Shown here: in pieces, positions 32,119 through 50,641 of the stretch
Position numbering within the stretch: position 1 is the first letter of the stretch
Layout of the letters: each line of letters opens with the position of its first letter
Source of the DNA: the human T2T-CHM13v2.0 reference genome, Homo sapiens
Assembly (NCBI RefSeq): GCF_009914755.1
Contig: NC_060939.1
Length of the DNA stretch: 64,000 nt
Reading direction: 5' to 3' (one strand)
Notes under the pieces: model-generated
Told to the model about the DNA's origin: nothing
Seen by the model: the letters and a program-made list of their open reading frames with translations, nothing else
Databases searched by the model: none
Program-made: the position numbers and the translations under genes

Positions 32119-34090
32119 GCATTTCTCTTCTTAGGTTGTACAAACACACTTCAAACTGGAACTCCTAATCCCCACAGCACCACACACATTACGCTGTCCT
32201 CCCACACTGAGAACATAGCATCTTATTTTGTTCCCTGGCAATCTTCCCCCAAAGGATACACTAGAAACAATTTTTTGGTCATGTTTGCCAGCCGGTAGAA
32301 GATTCAAGCTGGCACTCAGCAAATATAGTTATTTATACTATAATGCTAAAAATCTTGCATTCTGCAATATCACACTCCAAAAATAACAGAAAAGGGGGTT
32401 GGGGCAGACCACTCAAAACCTATGGAATTCTGTAACCAGAGCAATAACAAAAGAGAATGAAGCCTAATGATGATGCTAATGCAGTACCCCCACCACCTGT
32501 ACACCAGTCCCCAGCAGCCTTAAATCCTGGGGCTTATACTGCTTCCTGAGATGTAGGTTCTTTGATATGTAATCTTAGCAGAGATGCATTCCATCAAAAT
32601 TAAAACTGTGATCCAGGACAGGGCCTTCTTCATCAATTTTTTAAAACAAGGTGGGTGAGGTGTCTTCACAGCTTCTTCCATTCCACTCACAGTTTCCCCT
32701 GAGAGCTGAACATCATGGAAAGGCTAGCAGTGCTTCTAGAAGTTACTAAACCAGCCCCTACTTGCAATAAAGGAAGGTGCTTCTAGAAAATTTTCAGCTT
32801 TTTTCTTAAGCTATTCAATCTTGTCCCTGATCATTTAAAAACATTAATGTTCTGCAGAAAAATCTAACTTAACTTTGGGTCATTCTGACACCATTTCTCT
32901 ATTTCCCAATTGCACATATGCTATTTCTCACCAAAAAAACAATGTTGTTACAGACATGCACGGTCACGAAAATAGTCACTTCACTCTGGTGATTCCTTCC
33001 CTTCTAGGTCAGAGGTGCCCGTGGCCCTAAGAATATGCAATACAGTTCACACACAAGTCACTCCAAAACCCAGAAAGTGCATCCTGGCCCTGTGGCTGTG
33101 CCCAGGCTTCACTACAAAGGCGCCACTACAGCTCACCATCAGCAAGCCTATGCCAGGAGACATCTCCCCTCAGTCATGCAGGGGAGAGCACACATGCAGG
33201 AGGAAAAAGGTTAGCAGAGGAGTATCAGGCCTAGGCCCCTCAATTTTGATTAAGAAAGCAATTTCCCTGACCCTGGGCAAGAACACAAGGCTGCAGCTGA
33301 TGCAGAAACAGAAATCCCATCTCATGTGCTCACAGCCTGTTTAACCCAGGCCGTCTGAGACGAAACCAGGAAGCATCTGATGGGAATCCAGGACTGCAGA
33401 CTAAAACCACTATTCTGGGCAGACAAAGGTATGCCTGAGTTCCCCATGCTCTGCCACTCACTTAACAAATGTTTACTGAGTGCCTCGTATGTGCCAGGCA
33501 CTGGGGACCAGTGAGGACCCAAACAACACACTGAAGAGCCAAGAGCCCCAGAGGTGAGGGGCATTGGGGTCAGCATTCTCCTCTAGCACCAACAGGCACA
33601 TGCAGTATGACTCTGGGCTAAGTCACAACCTGGCCGTGATTCCTCCATCTGTAGAATGGAGATAAACTAACTGCACATTTCACATGACTGTTTCAAAAAA
33701 GGTTAAGACATAACTCAATTCTTTTTAAAATAAAATGCTTTTAGGAAGGGGGGGAAAGAAGGAAGGATTATTTCCCAGGCTAGATTAAAACACCTTCATA
33801 TCAAGTGCAGAGGGAAGGAAAAACAAACTGGAAATGGCTAAGAAACTATATAGAACTAGTTTTTTCCCAAGGGCCTAGAGAAGCTTTCACAGAATTCAAG
33901 GCTTTCGGGAAGTCAATTCATTTCCTTCTGTCCTTTCTTCCTGGGCCCAGTAACTCAGTGACGCACTGTAATATAATCCAGTACTCAGTGATCACCTTGG
34001 GAAAAAAATGGAAAGACACCCTAAGAGATGGCTCTCTTCACTGGGCCATCAAAGGGCAAATCAGCTGAGACCAACACAGTAATAGACTCG

Positions 34091-34096
34091 TTTATT
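34091..34096 (-). terminator. MRPL46: MRPL46 polyadenylation signal AATAAA
   Basis: TTTATT on + strand, ~115 nt past the stop codon, followed on the minus strand by TGTGTTGG (GU-rich). Confidence 0.8.
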
Positions 34097-34211
34097 TCTC
34101 AGAATTTAGTTTGCTGCTTGATATTACCTGCAAATGTGAGGCAATCACACAATGTCCTTGAGGCTCTAATCCCAGACTTGTCTGAGCACCGTCCACAGGC
34201 AGCTCGGCCCA

Positions 34212-34484
<273 letters not shown>

Positions 34485-34764
34485 TCACAATTGGAAGGTA
34501 AGGATACAGCCATCTGTTTACTCTGGCTCCCAAAATTATAGGGGGTCCCTGCAAGATCTGGCCCTGAGGTAAAATCAATCCCTAGGAATAGGACTAGAGC
34601 CATTCCTGAAAAGAGGCTCCTCCCCTCTCAATCCAAATGCCTCCTGGCCCATGGAGTCCAGATTCACCAGGCTCACTCCCATGTGCCAAGCTACTGTTTT
34701 TAGACTGAAAGTCAGCAACACAGTTACAATCACACCTGGGAGTCAGAGCACCTAGTTCCTACAT

Positions 34765-34924
34765 TCAGCCCAGTCGCTATCTGCTGGCGAATCAGCCCAG
34801 TCGCTATGCTGGCGAATCAGCCCAGTCGCTATCTGCTGGCGAATCAGCCCAGTCGCTATCTGTTGGCGAATCAGCCCAGTCGCTAACTGTTGGTGAATCA
34901 GCCCAGTCGCTATCTGCTGGTGAA
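34765..34924. repeat. 27-bp minisatellite, 6 copies (TCAGCCCAGTCGCTATCTGCTGGCGAA) in MRPL46 intron 3
   Basis: Units start 34765, 34792 (25 bp), 34817, 34844, 34871, 34898; few substitutions. Confidence 0.95.
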
Positions 34925-35029
34925 GGACGAGGACATTTGGTCTGTAAAACAAAGTTCATCCACCTTTAAAATGGGTGTCACCTGGAAAGCATTAAAAAGG
35001 ACCCCAGTTTTAACTCCTACCTAGTGAAA

Positions 35030-37330
35030 AAAGGCATAAACCAAGTTAAAGACAAAAACAGATGAGTAGACAGTATCTGTAATCTATAACTAAGGGTTAA
35101 CAACCCCAATTCAGCATTTCAAATGATGGGGAAATGATGGACTAATTACTAAACGGCATCTGAAGAACTGATTAGCCAGATGGGAAAAACCAAGCTGGAT
35201 TCCATACTCAGTCCTCACAATAAAATTGATACCATATAGATCAAAGATTTAACAATAGACATTTTAACTTTTCATAAAAAATTTATTCATTCTGGATGGT
35301 TGTTTCATGGACATTTAATATTTTCCAATCTTCTCTGTATTTTTTTTTTCCCAAGACAGAGTCTCGCTTTGTCACCCAGGCTGGAGTGCAGTCGTGCAAT
35401 CTTGGTTCACTACCACCTCAGGCTCCTGGGTTCAAAGGATTCTCATGCCTCAGCCTCCTGAGTAGCTGGGATTACAGGCATGTGCCACCACACTCAGCTA
35501 ATTTTTTTTCTGTATTTTTAGTACAGACGGGGTTTTGCCATGTTGGTCAGGCTGGTCTTGAACTTGTGGCCTCAAGTGATCCGCCTACCTCGGCCTCCCA
35601 AAGTGCAGGGCATATTTTCTAATTACAATAAAAACACATGAGCATTAGAAGAAAATGCAGGATGCTTTCTTAAACCTTAAGATATTATTTGAGAGGGCAA
35701 GGCCTTTCTAAGCAAGAAACAAAATTTTTAAGCCCAAAAAACAAAAGATTTATATTTGTCTACATAAAAATTAAATCTTTCTGCAAGGAAAAATGAAGCA
35801 CAAAAAAAGTCAAAGACAAAATGACAAACTAGGAAAAATATTTTCAACACGTTCAACAAAGGAATATCTTAAGGTATAAGAAGCACTTAAAAATCAATGC
35901 AGATACTCAGGAAGCTGAGGCAGGAGTACTGCTTGAGAATAGGAGTTTAAGGCCAGCCTGGGCAACATAGCAAGATTCCATCTCTAAAGGAAAAAAAATC
36001 AATGAGGAAAAAAAACAACAAATTAAAAAGAAAAATGAACCAAGCACATGAACAGTTAAGCTCACATGAAAATAAATATCACTGGCCCATAAATACATTA
36101 AAAGGTGTTCAAACTTATTAATAATTTAAAGAAATAAAGTTAAACAACAACATATATCATTATTGAAGTTCAAAAACTTAACTGTACTCTGCTTATGAAG
36201 GATAAGGAAAAAACCTGTACTTTCACACATATTTTGGAGGGGTTATAAATTAGTATAAGTGCTATTAATTGGCAAGAGGTGTCAACTTAATTGCACATGC
36301 CCTTTGACCTAGCAACTCCAGTTCTAGACTTTTATCCTACCAGATATACTAATTTGCCCATGTGAGCAAAGATGAGCATACAAGGATATTCACTGCAGCT
36401 TTGTTTGTAAAAACAGACTGGCTAAACAAACTGCAGTACATACATATTATAAAATAGTATGCTGGTGTTAAAAAAAGCTTAAGATAGGTCTTAATAGGCT
36501 GACCTGAAAAGATGTTTAAAAGCGTATATGAGAAAAAAGGAAGGCACACAACAGTGTATAAACATGTTCCCGTTATATGCAAAAAAAGAAAACAAAACAT
36601 TTATGCATCTGTATATGCATAGAGAATTTCTGAAGAGATACAGAAAAACACTATTAATAGAGGTTGCTTCTGAAAAAGGAAAATTACATCTTACACTACA
36701 TTTACGAGACACCGATAATTTTTTTACCACATACGTGAATGGCTTTTCTCATACTAAAAAAAAAAAACACTACCTAGCATTAGATGAAAAATTTATAGAT
36801 AGTGTGAGCTCACATAAAGTAAAAAACGTTAGCAGTGGGTATCTGTGAGTGGTGGAATTGTATTGGCATATTTCTTTACACTTTCCTGAATTTTCTAAAC
36901 TTAATCCCATAAATGCATGTTACTTTTCTATAATCTGGAAAAGATGGATTAAAAATATAAACAAATTAAAAAGAAAAAACAGCTTATTACAAAGATGAGC
37001 GAACGATCTAAATAGGCAGTTCACAAAAGAAGAAGTACAAACAGCCAATAAACACATGAAGATACTGAATCTCACTAGCAAACAGGAAAATGCTAATCTG
37101 AAAGAGATCATCTGACTCACTAGACGAGCAAAATTTTAAAAGCAACTATTTCATGTGTCAGTGAGGTTTAGACAAAGAGGCACTCTCAGACACCACTCCT
37201 GGAAAACGTCAATTGTTATATACATTCTGGAGGGCAACTGGGCTGCACTTACCAAAAACTGAAGTGTGCACATCTTTGACCCATTAATTCTACCGCTAGA
37301 AATTCCATCTTGCAGAAATACTGGCAGTGT
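35030..37330 (+). mobile_element. Decayed L1M 3' fragments (with Alu and FLAM insertions; FLAM ~35903-36000)
   Basis: A-rich; AAATGACAAACTAGGAAAAATATTT, CCCTTTGACCTAGCAACTCCAGTTCTAG, AATAGGCAGTTCACAAAAGAAGAAGTACAAACAGCCAATAAACACATGAA. Confidence 0.65.
35341..35608 (-). mobile_element. AluS, slightly 5'-truncated
   Basis: Antisense Alu right arm plus most of left arm. Confidence 0.88.
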
Positions 37331-38611
37331 GGAGCCAGAGGGGAGGAAAGGAGCGCACTTTCACTTTTTAAATATACAGTATATACTCTTACATTGCTTG
37401 AGTTTTTCTTTGCCATTTTATATTATTTGTCAGTTTAGTAAATTTGTAATAAGTCAATACACTATTTTATATGCATCTATTAAACATAAATATGTGTTTT
37501 AATATATTTGATATATTTCCTTTTACATTTACTTATTACAATGGCAATGTTTAAAGGAAAGCATAGTGCTTGGGTAGAACCCCTTTCCTCACTGCAAACA
37601 GAAAGGGGAGCTGAGCAAGGATCAGTTGTGAATGTTTGACGTTAAGAGACGTTGAGCATCTGGACACAATGATCCTCGCAAGAAACTCAGCTGCTGACTC
37701 CTATGTGATGGCTGAGGAGACTGAGAAAGCAGCAACCTCCTCTCCTACCATATTCCATTCTGTCTTGATGTCTCTCCTGCAGGCCACACAGGCCCCTTGG
37801 GAGAGTCAAGGGAACACACACTGGCTACCGACATTTCGTTAGCAGGTACTTGTGCTGATGGGAGGGCAGGTAAAGTGGCTGTGCACCACCAAATCCATTT
37901 AGTCAACATTCAACAAATGCCTATGTGCCAGGTACTTTGCTGAAAGCTAGGATCAGAGAGAGGAACAGATACTGCCCACATGTTTAAGGAAGTCAAAATT
38001 CTGACTAGGGAGAAAAATGTGTTAGTAAACAATTATAGTGCAATGGCATAAGTGAAAGAATGTATTCTCCACTAGAACACAAGCTCCTAGGGAGTAGGGT
38101 AGTGTCCTGTTCATCACTGAGACCCTATATGTCTGTTGCATAAATGGAATAAGGACACACACCAGTGCTACGGGAGCCTAGAGAGAGGAGTAGCTCTGTC
38201 TTCCTGAAGGCTCAGGAAAGGTTTCACCACATACGGTATAATGTATAAACTGTCTTAAAAACTGAGCAGTCAGGCCAGGAAGGAGTAAAGTATTTCATCA
38301 GGGACCAGCAGGCCCCAAAGCAGAGACACATGAAAGACCATACTATTCAAGGAATGCAAAAGGTTTGTTAAGTTAGAACTTGAATTTTACATTAATGAAC
38401 AGCAAGACGGCAGACTGATGAGACTGGGATCAGGGCAAATAAGATTTGCAGGCCATGCTTGACAGTTAGAATTTTTATTGGAAACCTTTTAAGAATTCCA
38501 TGCAGAGAAGTGACAAGGGATGTGTGTTTCAGAAAGCTCATTTTGGCAGCACTGAAGGGCACTCCACAAAACCAAGGTTAAACTTACTGGGCATCTAATT
38601 CAATAGCTCAG

Positions 38612-38836
38612 TATAGTACTTCTCAACCACTGTAATTTGCTCCCTGGGAAATATCTGGCCATGTCTAGAGATATTTTTGGTTACTGCACTGGGGGTGGGG
38701 TCAGGGGATGAGGTAGTGCTACTGGCATCTAGTAGGTACAGGCCAGAGATACTGCTAAACATCCTATAACACAAAGAATAGCTCCCCACACTTATCCGAC
38801 CCCAAACACCAATAATGCCAGAGATGGGAAACCCTA
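38612..38836. mobile_element. MER20 hAT-Charlie MITE
   Basis: CTACTGGCATCTAGTAGGTACAGGCCAGAGATACTGCTAAACATCCTA core. Confidence 0.8.
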
Positions 38837-39281
38837 GTCTAGTGAGAAGTGAAGAGGGTCACAGCTAAAGCTGTTAGAACAAAGAGGGGACTATTTAGAA
38901 CAGATCACGAGGGACTCAAGGACTTATGGATGTGGGAATGAGGTCAAGGACAATTCTGAGGTTTCAAGTTGAGTGAACAGATAAGCAGTGATGGCAATAA
39001 GCAGTGCTGCAAAGATAAGAAGACAAGCAGGCTGAGAAAATGGTAGAAATATCAATTTTGAATGTACTAAATTTTAAAATCTCAGTGGAACAAAGGATTC
39101 TCACCTGGTCTAAAAATAAAAATAAAAAAAAAATAAAAAAAATCCTTACCTGGGTTTTTCTGGCTGAAATTTTTATAAACTTCAAAATTTCCATTAACCT
39201 TCCCACCCCCACCCTTAATCCAATTCCCCAGTCAGCCTAAAAATCCTCTGGCTGAGTCTGAAGTGAATTTTGTGGAATTTA

Positions 39282-39554
<273 letters not shown>

Positions 39555-40093
39555 TTAAGATCCACAATCCTTGCCCTCAAAGAGCTTAGAACCAAATTAC
39601 ACCTCGACCCATCTCTCTAACTCTGACCTCTTCCAGGGAAGAGTCTCACAATCTTGAGGAAACTAAAAGGTAAGAAATCAAGAGGTAAGCTTCTTTGAAC
39701 AGCAAACCATATTTTGAGTCTTCAAAAAAGAAACAATGATCATACTAATTCAAACACAACTACTTCATTGGTTTTGATACTATTACTGACTTAACTAGCC
39801 CCTACTTTCTCTGTTCTTCAGTCTTCATCTGTGAAACAAGGAAAACAGAACTCAATCTCCCGCTTTAAGAGGGATTTCACATAAAACACAGGAATTAGTG
39901 GAAAAAGGCTTCATTTGCCCCACTCTCAGTCTCAAACTTGGAGTTAAACACAGATAACATTCACAAAGTTTAACTGAGAGAAAAGGCTATTCCAATACCC
40001 TTACCTCTCACCCGAAAATAAGACAGACTTTTTAAGTCGTATTATGGTAGATGTGAGCAACAAAGAAAAGAATATGAAATTATTTGTTACTTA

Positions 40094-40402
<309 letters not shown>

Positions 40403-41706
40403 TTAATCTGGCAAAATTAAAAGGAAAAAAAAAACAGGAAGAATAAAACAGAGACATGGCACACTTGGCAAGCTCAGAAGTTTATCACCCAACATAACCA
40501 GATACACAGTCAAAACACCATGCAGAAAGGAAATGGAGGGAAAAAAAGGTCCTCTGAACTTTGGGCTTGAGTTACATTTGCCAAAAATGTTACAATGTCA
40601 CTGGGGGTCAAGAGTGCTACAAAAACAGAGAGCTGGGTTGGGCAATGCCTGCTGACTCACCACAATCCAGTCATGTCAGTCTTTGATCAGAATCTCACTC
40701 ACCAAGGACTTTCCTGTTCAGGGACTTTCAAGAGGTTGTTCCTTCTTCCTAGAATGTTTTTCCTCACATTCTTTCTTCTGGGAGAGTCCTACTCATCTTT
40801 CTGATTTCAATTTAAATATGACTGTCTCAGAGAGACATTTCTCATAAAGAGAAAAACCTGTATTCAGAAAGTCTGAGGCATTCCTTGACACTCACCATAA
40901 AATCAAAATGTGATGTATTTGTTAAACACTCTTATAGTGCCTTGTGTTTTCCTTAACAACACTTATCAGGGTCTGCATTTAGTTGTATGATTATTTGGTT
41001 ACTGACTGATCCCCTCACTCAACTAGACTGAAGTACTCTGAGAACCAGAGCTACTTCTGCCTTATTCATTACAGCATCTCTATCACTTAACATACTCTCT
41101 GATGCATAGTATGGGCACAATGAACATCTGTAGGTTGAGTAACAAATATTTGTCAAGCGAGCGAGTAAATGAATAAATCAAGCAAAAAGCACAGAAGAGA
41201 AGTTTATAGTTCTCAACAGACCAAGACAAAAACATCTCGGATTCTGAGGAAACATATCACCCTTCAAACACTTTCTGTAGCGACCTCACACCTTCACAGC
41301 CACTACACTGTTTTTGCCCATGCTTCCTCACTTGCCCCTCACACAGATAGCCCCATGAGATAAAACAGAGTAGGCTTATCATAGGCATCTGACAGATGTG
41401 CCCACCGCCTCTTGTATTTCCTTCTTAACATTCATCACATCACAAAGACTTTCTCCCTCCAGACTTGTAAGCTCCTAGTGACACGGACCGATTCTTGTTC
41501 ACCACAGGATCCCTATTGTGTTGCATGAACAAGAAGTAGAGTATCTCCAAAGAGTTGTCTAAGGTGACAATAAACACGGCCAATGAAAAGAAACCACTTT
41601 TTGTTGAACATCTATGTACCAAACCAAGTCAGTAAGGTAGGTACCATTCTGCGGATAAGTACCGTATACTTAAGTTCAGAGAGGTGAAATTACTCGCTCA
41701 AAGTCA

Positions 41707-42114
<408 letters not shown>

Positions 42115-42316
42115 TTAAAAAAGGGAAAGAATCCCCTGGTGAACTACAGTGAAAGTCTTATTGAGCATTTAAATGGAAATAAAAATATTCAGTGGACCTA
42201 ATGAAGAGTAGATGACTTTCCCTTCTGTCCCCTCCCCGACAGGCACTCATGGTACCGGCGCCGGCGCAGCTGTGACTGTCGCTGCAGACGGAAACTGACT
42301 GGGGTCAATTCAAGTC

Positions 42317-42381
42317 ATGCAGGCTGTGAGAAACGCGGGGTCGCGGTTCCTGCGGTCCTGGACTTGGCCCCAGACAGCCGG
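42317..42381 (+). CDS. MRPS11: MRPS11 coding exon 1 (65 nt; MQAVRNAGSRFLRSWTWPQTAG)
   Basis: ATG 42317; donor GG|gtaac; basic presequence-like peptide recognised as human uS11m N-terminus. Confidence 0.95.
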
Positions 42382-42468
42382 GTAACAAATGACTGCCCCC
42401 TCGAGCCCACCGCCACCTCCAGGACTATGCTCCTACTCGTGTCCCTTGAGCCACCCGGGCCCCAGTGA

Positions 42469-42624
<156 letters not shown>

Positions 42625-43326
42625 TGAGCCCCACTTGGACCAGCCCTCTGGAGACCCGCAACCCCTGACTCTTGCCCGACACCCTCCAGAGTCAGAACCA
42701 GTGAATTTTCAGCTATGTCACTTGCTATCCGTGGGACCTTATGCAAATAAATCTGAGCCTCAGCCTTCTCATCTAAAAATGCGGATAATGCTGAGAGAGG
42801 TTGTGAGAATCAGATGAGCCGTGGTACAGAGTAAATGTTCAGTGAACATTCGTTAAATCAATGAGTGAATGTGAGATATCCATAACATGTATCAGCGTTC
42901 TTTTCTTCTGAGATGGAGATCTTTTCAGACCAATAACCTTCCCTGCCTCCAAAACAAAATGGGGAGGTAGAGGGCGCTAGCGATGGAACAGATGTTCCTG
43001 CACGTCTTACGGATGGTCCAGGGTGGGTTTTGTGCTCAGCCCTAGGAACTGGCATCTTGCTTCCCACCAGTGCCACCACCTCTGTATGCTGTATACACAT
43101 CCACTTAACTTCACATCCATTTAACAAACATTTACCAAGAATCTACTATGAGTGAGACACCATGCTAGGTGCCGTGAATACAGATACAAAAGATCATTCC
43201 TCCCCACAAGTAGTTCACAGTCTTTGAGGGAAGACAAACATGCAAACATTTTAACCATAATCTGCTCAATAATATAATGGAGGTAAGCATTGGTTGGAAG
43301 TATGAAATCATAAGTGTCTAACTCCT

Positions 43327-43875
<549 letters not shown>

Positions 43876-43939
43876 TTACGCTGTCCCCACTGAAGGCAGT
43901 GAGGAGCTGCTGAAAGCATCTAAACCAAGATTCTGTTGT

Positions 43940-45850
<1,911 letters not shown>

Positions 45851-46269
45851 TAATCACTTCTAAGGTCAAACCCACAGGAAAGAATATAGTTGTAAACTTT
45901 GAATACCAATGTGTTTTTGATTTGCCTTTTAAAATACCTCTAGAAAAGCAGGTAGGGCTGGGGCGAGAGTAGTCCTTAGATTATAATATAATTTCTAAAA
46001 TGGAGTCTATTGTATTTCAAGTGGCTGTGGTGGGTACAAACATGAATCTGATATATGTGTGTAGGCCTAGAGGAACAGCAAGTTTATTTCCAGCTCCATT
46101 GCTGAAGGATGATTGTGTGTGTTCAAATTTTAAAAAGCACAGCTTGGTGAGCAAAGCTCTAGACTGAGACAGATCTACTAGGTCCAAGGCTTGGCTTCTC
46201 TTGCTAACCCTATTTCCCTATTGGTACCTAATTTTCACCATCTGAAAATAAAAATCCTTATTTTCCTTA

Positions 46270-46324
46270 AGGATTTCTTAAGGCATTCTTAATTGTATTA
46301 ATAAGTTAACTTATTAGAGATGAT
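46270..46324 (+). repeat. 55-bp direct repeat, copy A
   Basis: AGGATTTCTTAAGGCATTCTTAATTGTATTAATAAGTTAACTTATTAGAGATGAT; identical to 48439-48492 except one extra T. Confidence 0.95.
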
Positions 46325-46546
46325 AAGTTAGATGATAACTTAGCTAGAAATAGCCAGAAGACAGCTTGGACTAAGACAGTGGAAGATCTTGAACGCAACA
46401 CAATGTGTTCACATCTGATTCTATTGGGACATTTGCAACATTGATTTCCATACCCCATCCAGAAGTCCAGGGTGAAGCTTAAACATCTGTATGCTTCACA
46501 GCTGACTGATGTTCAGCCTGCATTGAAAACCACTGGTCTAGGGTAG

Positions 46547-46762
46547 AGGTTGGCAAACTATGGTCGACTGGGCAAATCTGGCCAATTGCCTGTTTTTGTA
46601 AGTAAAGTTTTATTGGAACACAGCCTATTAATTTACTGTTGTCTGTACCTGTTGTTGGGATATAGTGGAAGAGTTTAGTAATTGGGACAGAGACCTGTTG
46701 GCCCGCAAAGCCCAGTATATTTACTATCTGGCCCTTTACAGAAAAAGTTTGCTGTCCTTTAT
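46547..46762. mobile_element. MER58A hAT-Charlie MITE
   Basis: GGTTGGCAAACTATGG...TAAAGTTTTATTGGAACACAGCC...TTACTATCTGGCCCTTTACAGAAAAAGTTTGC. Confidence 0.8.
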
Positions 46763-47205
46763 TCTAGGGGATTCTGGGTTTTTTTTAATGGTAATGATAT
46801 GAGTATTATTTTTGTCTCATTTTTTGCAATGTAGAGTCCAGATATTGTCTATGGTTGATGAAATAAGAAACAGAGGTTTGACTGTATTTTTTAAATTGTG
46901 GGAAGAGGAACCTACAAAGGATCTGAAAATAATGAACACGGGTATACCTGCAGGGACAAGGAAGATGGGGAGTATGCATGAAAATCCCTTCTCATAGCGG
47001 AAAGTCCCCAGATGTGTCTGAAGTCAGCAAGTCAAGAAACAGCATCATAAGCACAGCAGTCACACATGCGGTGGTGGCACCAGAAGGACTGAAAAGGAAT
47101 GGTGGGGGCAGCCACTTAAGAAGCAGCAGGGGGCACAGAGCTGTTATTTTTTAACCATGTGTTGTATTTCTTTGATTTTTAAAAAGTCGAGACAATTTTA
47201 AATAA

Positions 47206-47325
<120 letters not shown>

Positions 47326-48438
47326 TAAGTGGGAAGGGAAACACTGGGCAGGTCTAGCGTGAGATTCTTTCCACTTCACAGGGAAAGTCAGGCTTGGCCC
47401 TGAATACCCCGGGGTAGAAGTGAGGGTGCTAAGTGCTGCATGATGGCGCTAATGTAGGGCACCGTCTTCCTCCTCACTTGAGGAACCACCTGCCATCTTA
47501 CACAAGTTTCATAAAAATGTGAAATAGGGTGGGCATATCCTAGTTATAAGAATTCTTTGCTTTCCTTGAGAATAGTGTTTCCTGGTTTTGCTCAAGAGTT
47601 GGAAGGAGTGTATGAGGGGCATATGGTCCCACCATGAAGGTGTTTATTAAGTGTTGCTGGTAGGGAATGGATGATATATAAATTAAAAGATATGATTCAA
47701 GATATTAATATGATTTATTAATACACTAACCAGAATCTAGACCTCTAAATAGATATTGTCCCTTTAAAGTACTCACCACTCTGGGCCACTGTGCACTGGC
47801 CTCCACCTTGTAGAGCTAAATGTGGATGGTGAGTTTAAAGTGACAAGACTAGTGTTCTTGTGTGGCTTACAGACGGGGACAGTGCCAAGGGAATTCCCAA
47901 ACATATGCTGCCAACAGAAGCATTGCTGGTATTAGTGACAACTTTACAGGTTGGCCCCCACTTGGAAATGAGATCAGTATTTGGTCACAGCCAACCCACC
48001 CAGCAATTTAGAGACCAGCACAAGAGACTACAGTCATGGGCTAAAGTGTGTGGCACAGATGAAATGCTATAGGATTCATTTCAGCATTTGTCAGATAAAT
48101 GTAAAGTGACAGCAATTGGATTTCTTTTTCTTCCCCTCAGACTAATAAGGACATAGGCTAACTGCATTTAAGTGTCTATGGTCTACTCTATACAGCACTG
48201 TTTAGGCTGTCACAGAGACAAGCAATTACGCATCTATTCAATATGGAAAACCCTAGAAGCTCTGGTAGGGGGAATGTCAGAGCCATAGCCAGGATAACAA
48301 GTGGATGGCCCAAGCCCGGGGCTGACTCCAGCAGGCCTCCCCTTCAGTCACTTCTCCTGCCTCCTTCTGTGAGCTCTCAGAGCTCTCCAGACCAGAAATA
48401 GGATGATGATGACTAAAGGGGAAATCAAAGCATATCTG

Positions 48439-48492
48439 AGGATTTCTTAAGGCATTCTTAATTGTATTAATAAGTAACTTATTAGAGATGAT
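48439..48492 (+). repeat. 55-bp direct repeat, copy B (54 bp)
   Basis: AGGATTTCTTAAGGCATTCTTAATTGTATTAATAAGTAACTTATTAGAGATGAT. Confidence 0.95.
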
Positions 48493-48505
48493 TAAGAAAA
48501 AGTTG

Positions 48506-49191
<686 letters not shown>

Positions 49192-49649
49192 CTAATATTT
49201 TTTTAAGAGTCCTTCTTTTAGAGCTATGTACTGAAATATTTACAGACAAAATGATAGGTCTGGGATTTGCTTCAAAATAATCCATTGGTGAGGGGAGTGG
49301 GGTGGGAACAAGGTTTATAGATGAAACTGAATTGGATATGAGTTGATAATTGTTGAAGCTGGTTGATGAGTCCATCAGATTTCTTATGTTATTCTCTTCA
49401 CTTTTGTGTATATTTAAAACTTTCCCCAATACAGTCATTTTCTGGGTGATACTTAACTAACTACTCTCAGATTATGGAGCGCTCTTTAAATTATGTGACT
49501 TACCAGTTTTCAGTCAGGTTTAGGGGAGAATTCTGACCTTTCCTGATACTTCCTGTAGGAGTTCAAAACATGTTCATCTGAGAAGCTCAAAGTAGAAGCA
49601 ACTGAATTCCTTTTTCTTTCTCACCCAGGCTTCTAGGGGCATAGATTAG

Positions 49650-49958
<309 letters not shown>

Positions 49959-50112
49959 TGATGCCCTGATTGGAGCATTGGTTTGAAAAGGTTTAGTGAA
50001 AGGCTCCTCTTTTTTCTTTCTCTCAGCTTCATTAGAGGTGAAGCCCTTGTTGGTTCATTCTAGGATGTAAGAGCCAAGATACCAAAGGCTTGAGAACCAA
50101 AGACCCCTCAAT

Positions 50113-50641
<529 letters not shown>

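Noticed and set aside
32730-32795. GTGCTTCTAGAA twice (and once at ~30505), HSE-like
   Set aside because: Only two nGAAn units each with no properly spaced third; a 12-mer recurrence is weak evidence.
34752-34952. ORF with repeated RQQIATGLI, and CRISPR-like appearance of the 27-bp repeat
   Set aside because: The periodic peptide is simply 27 bp = 9 codons with a non-ATG start. Units are head-to-tail with no unique spacers and there are no cas genes; the context is a eukaryotic intron.
42961-42980. TAGAGGGCGCTA CTCF-like site
   Set aside because: Lacks the conserved 5' CC of the core; cannot be supported without ChIP data.
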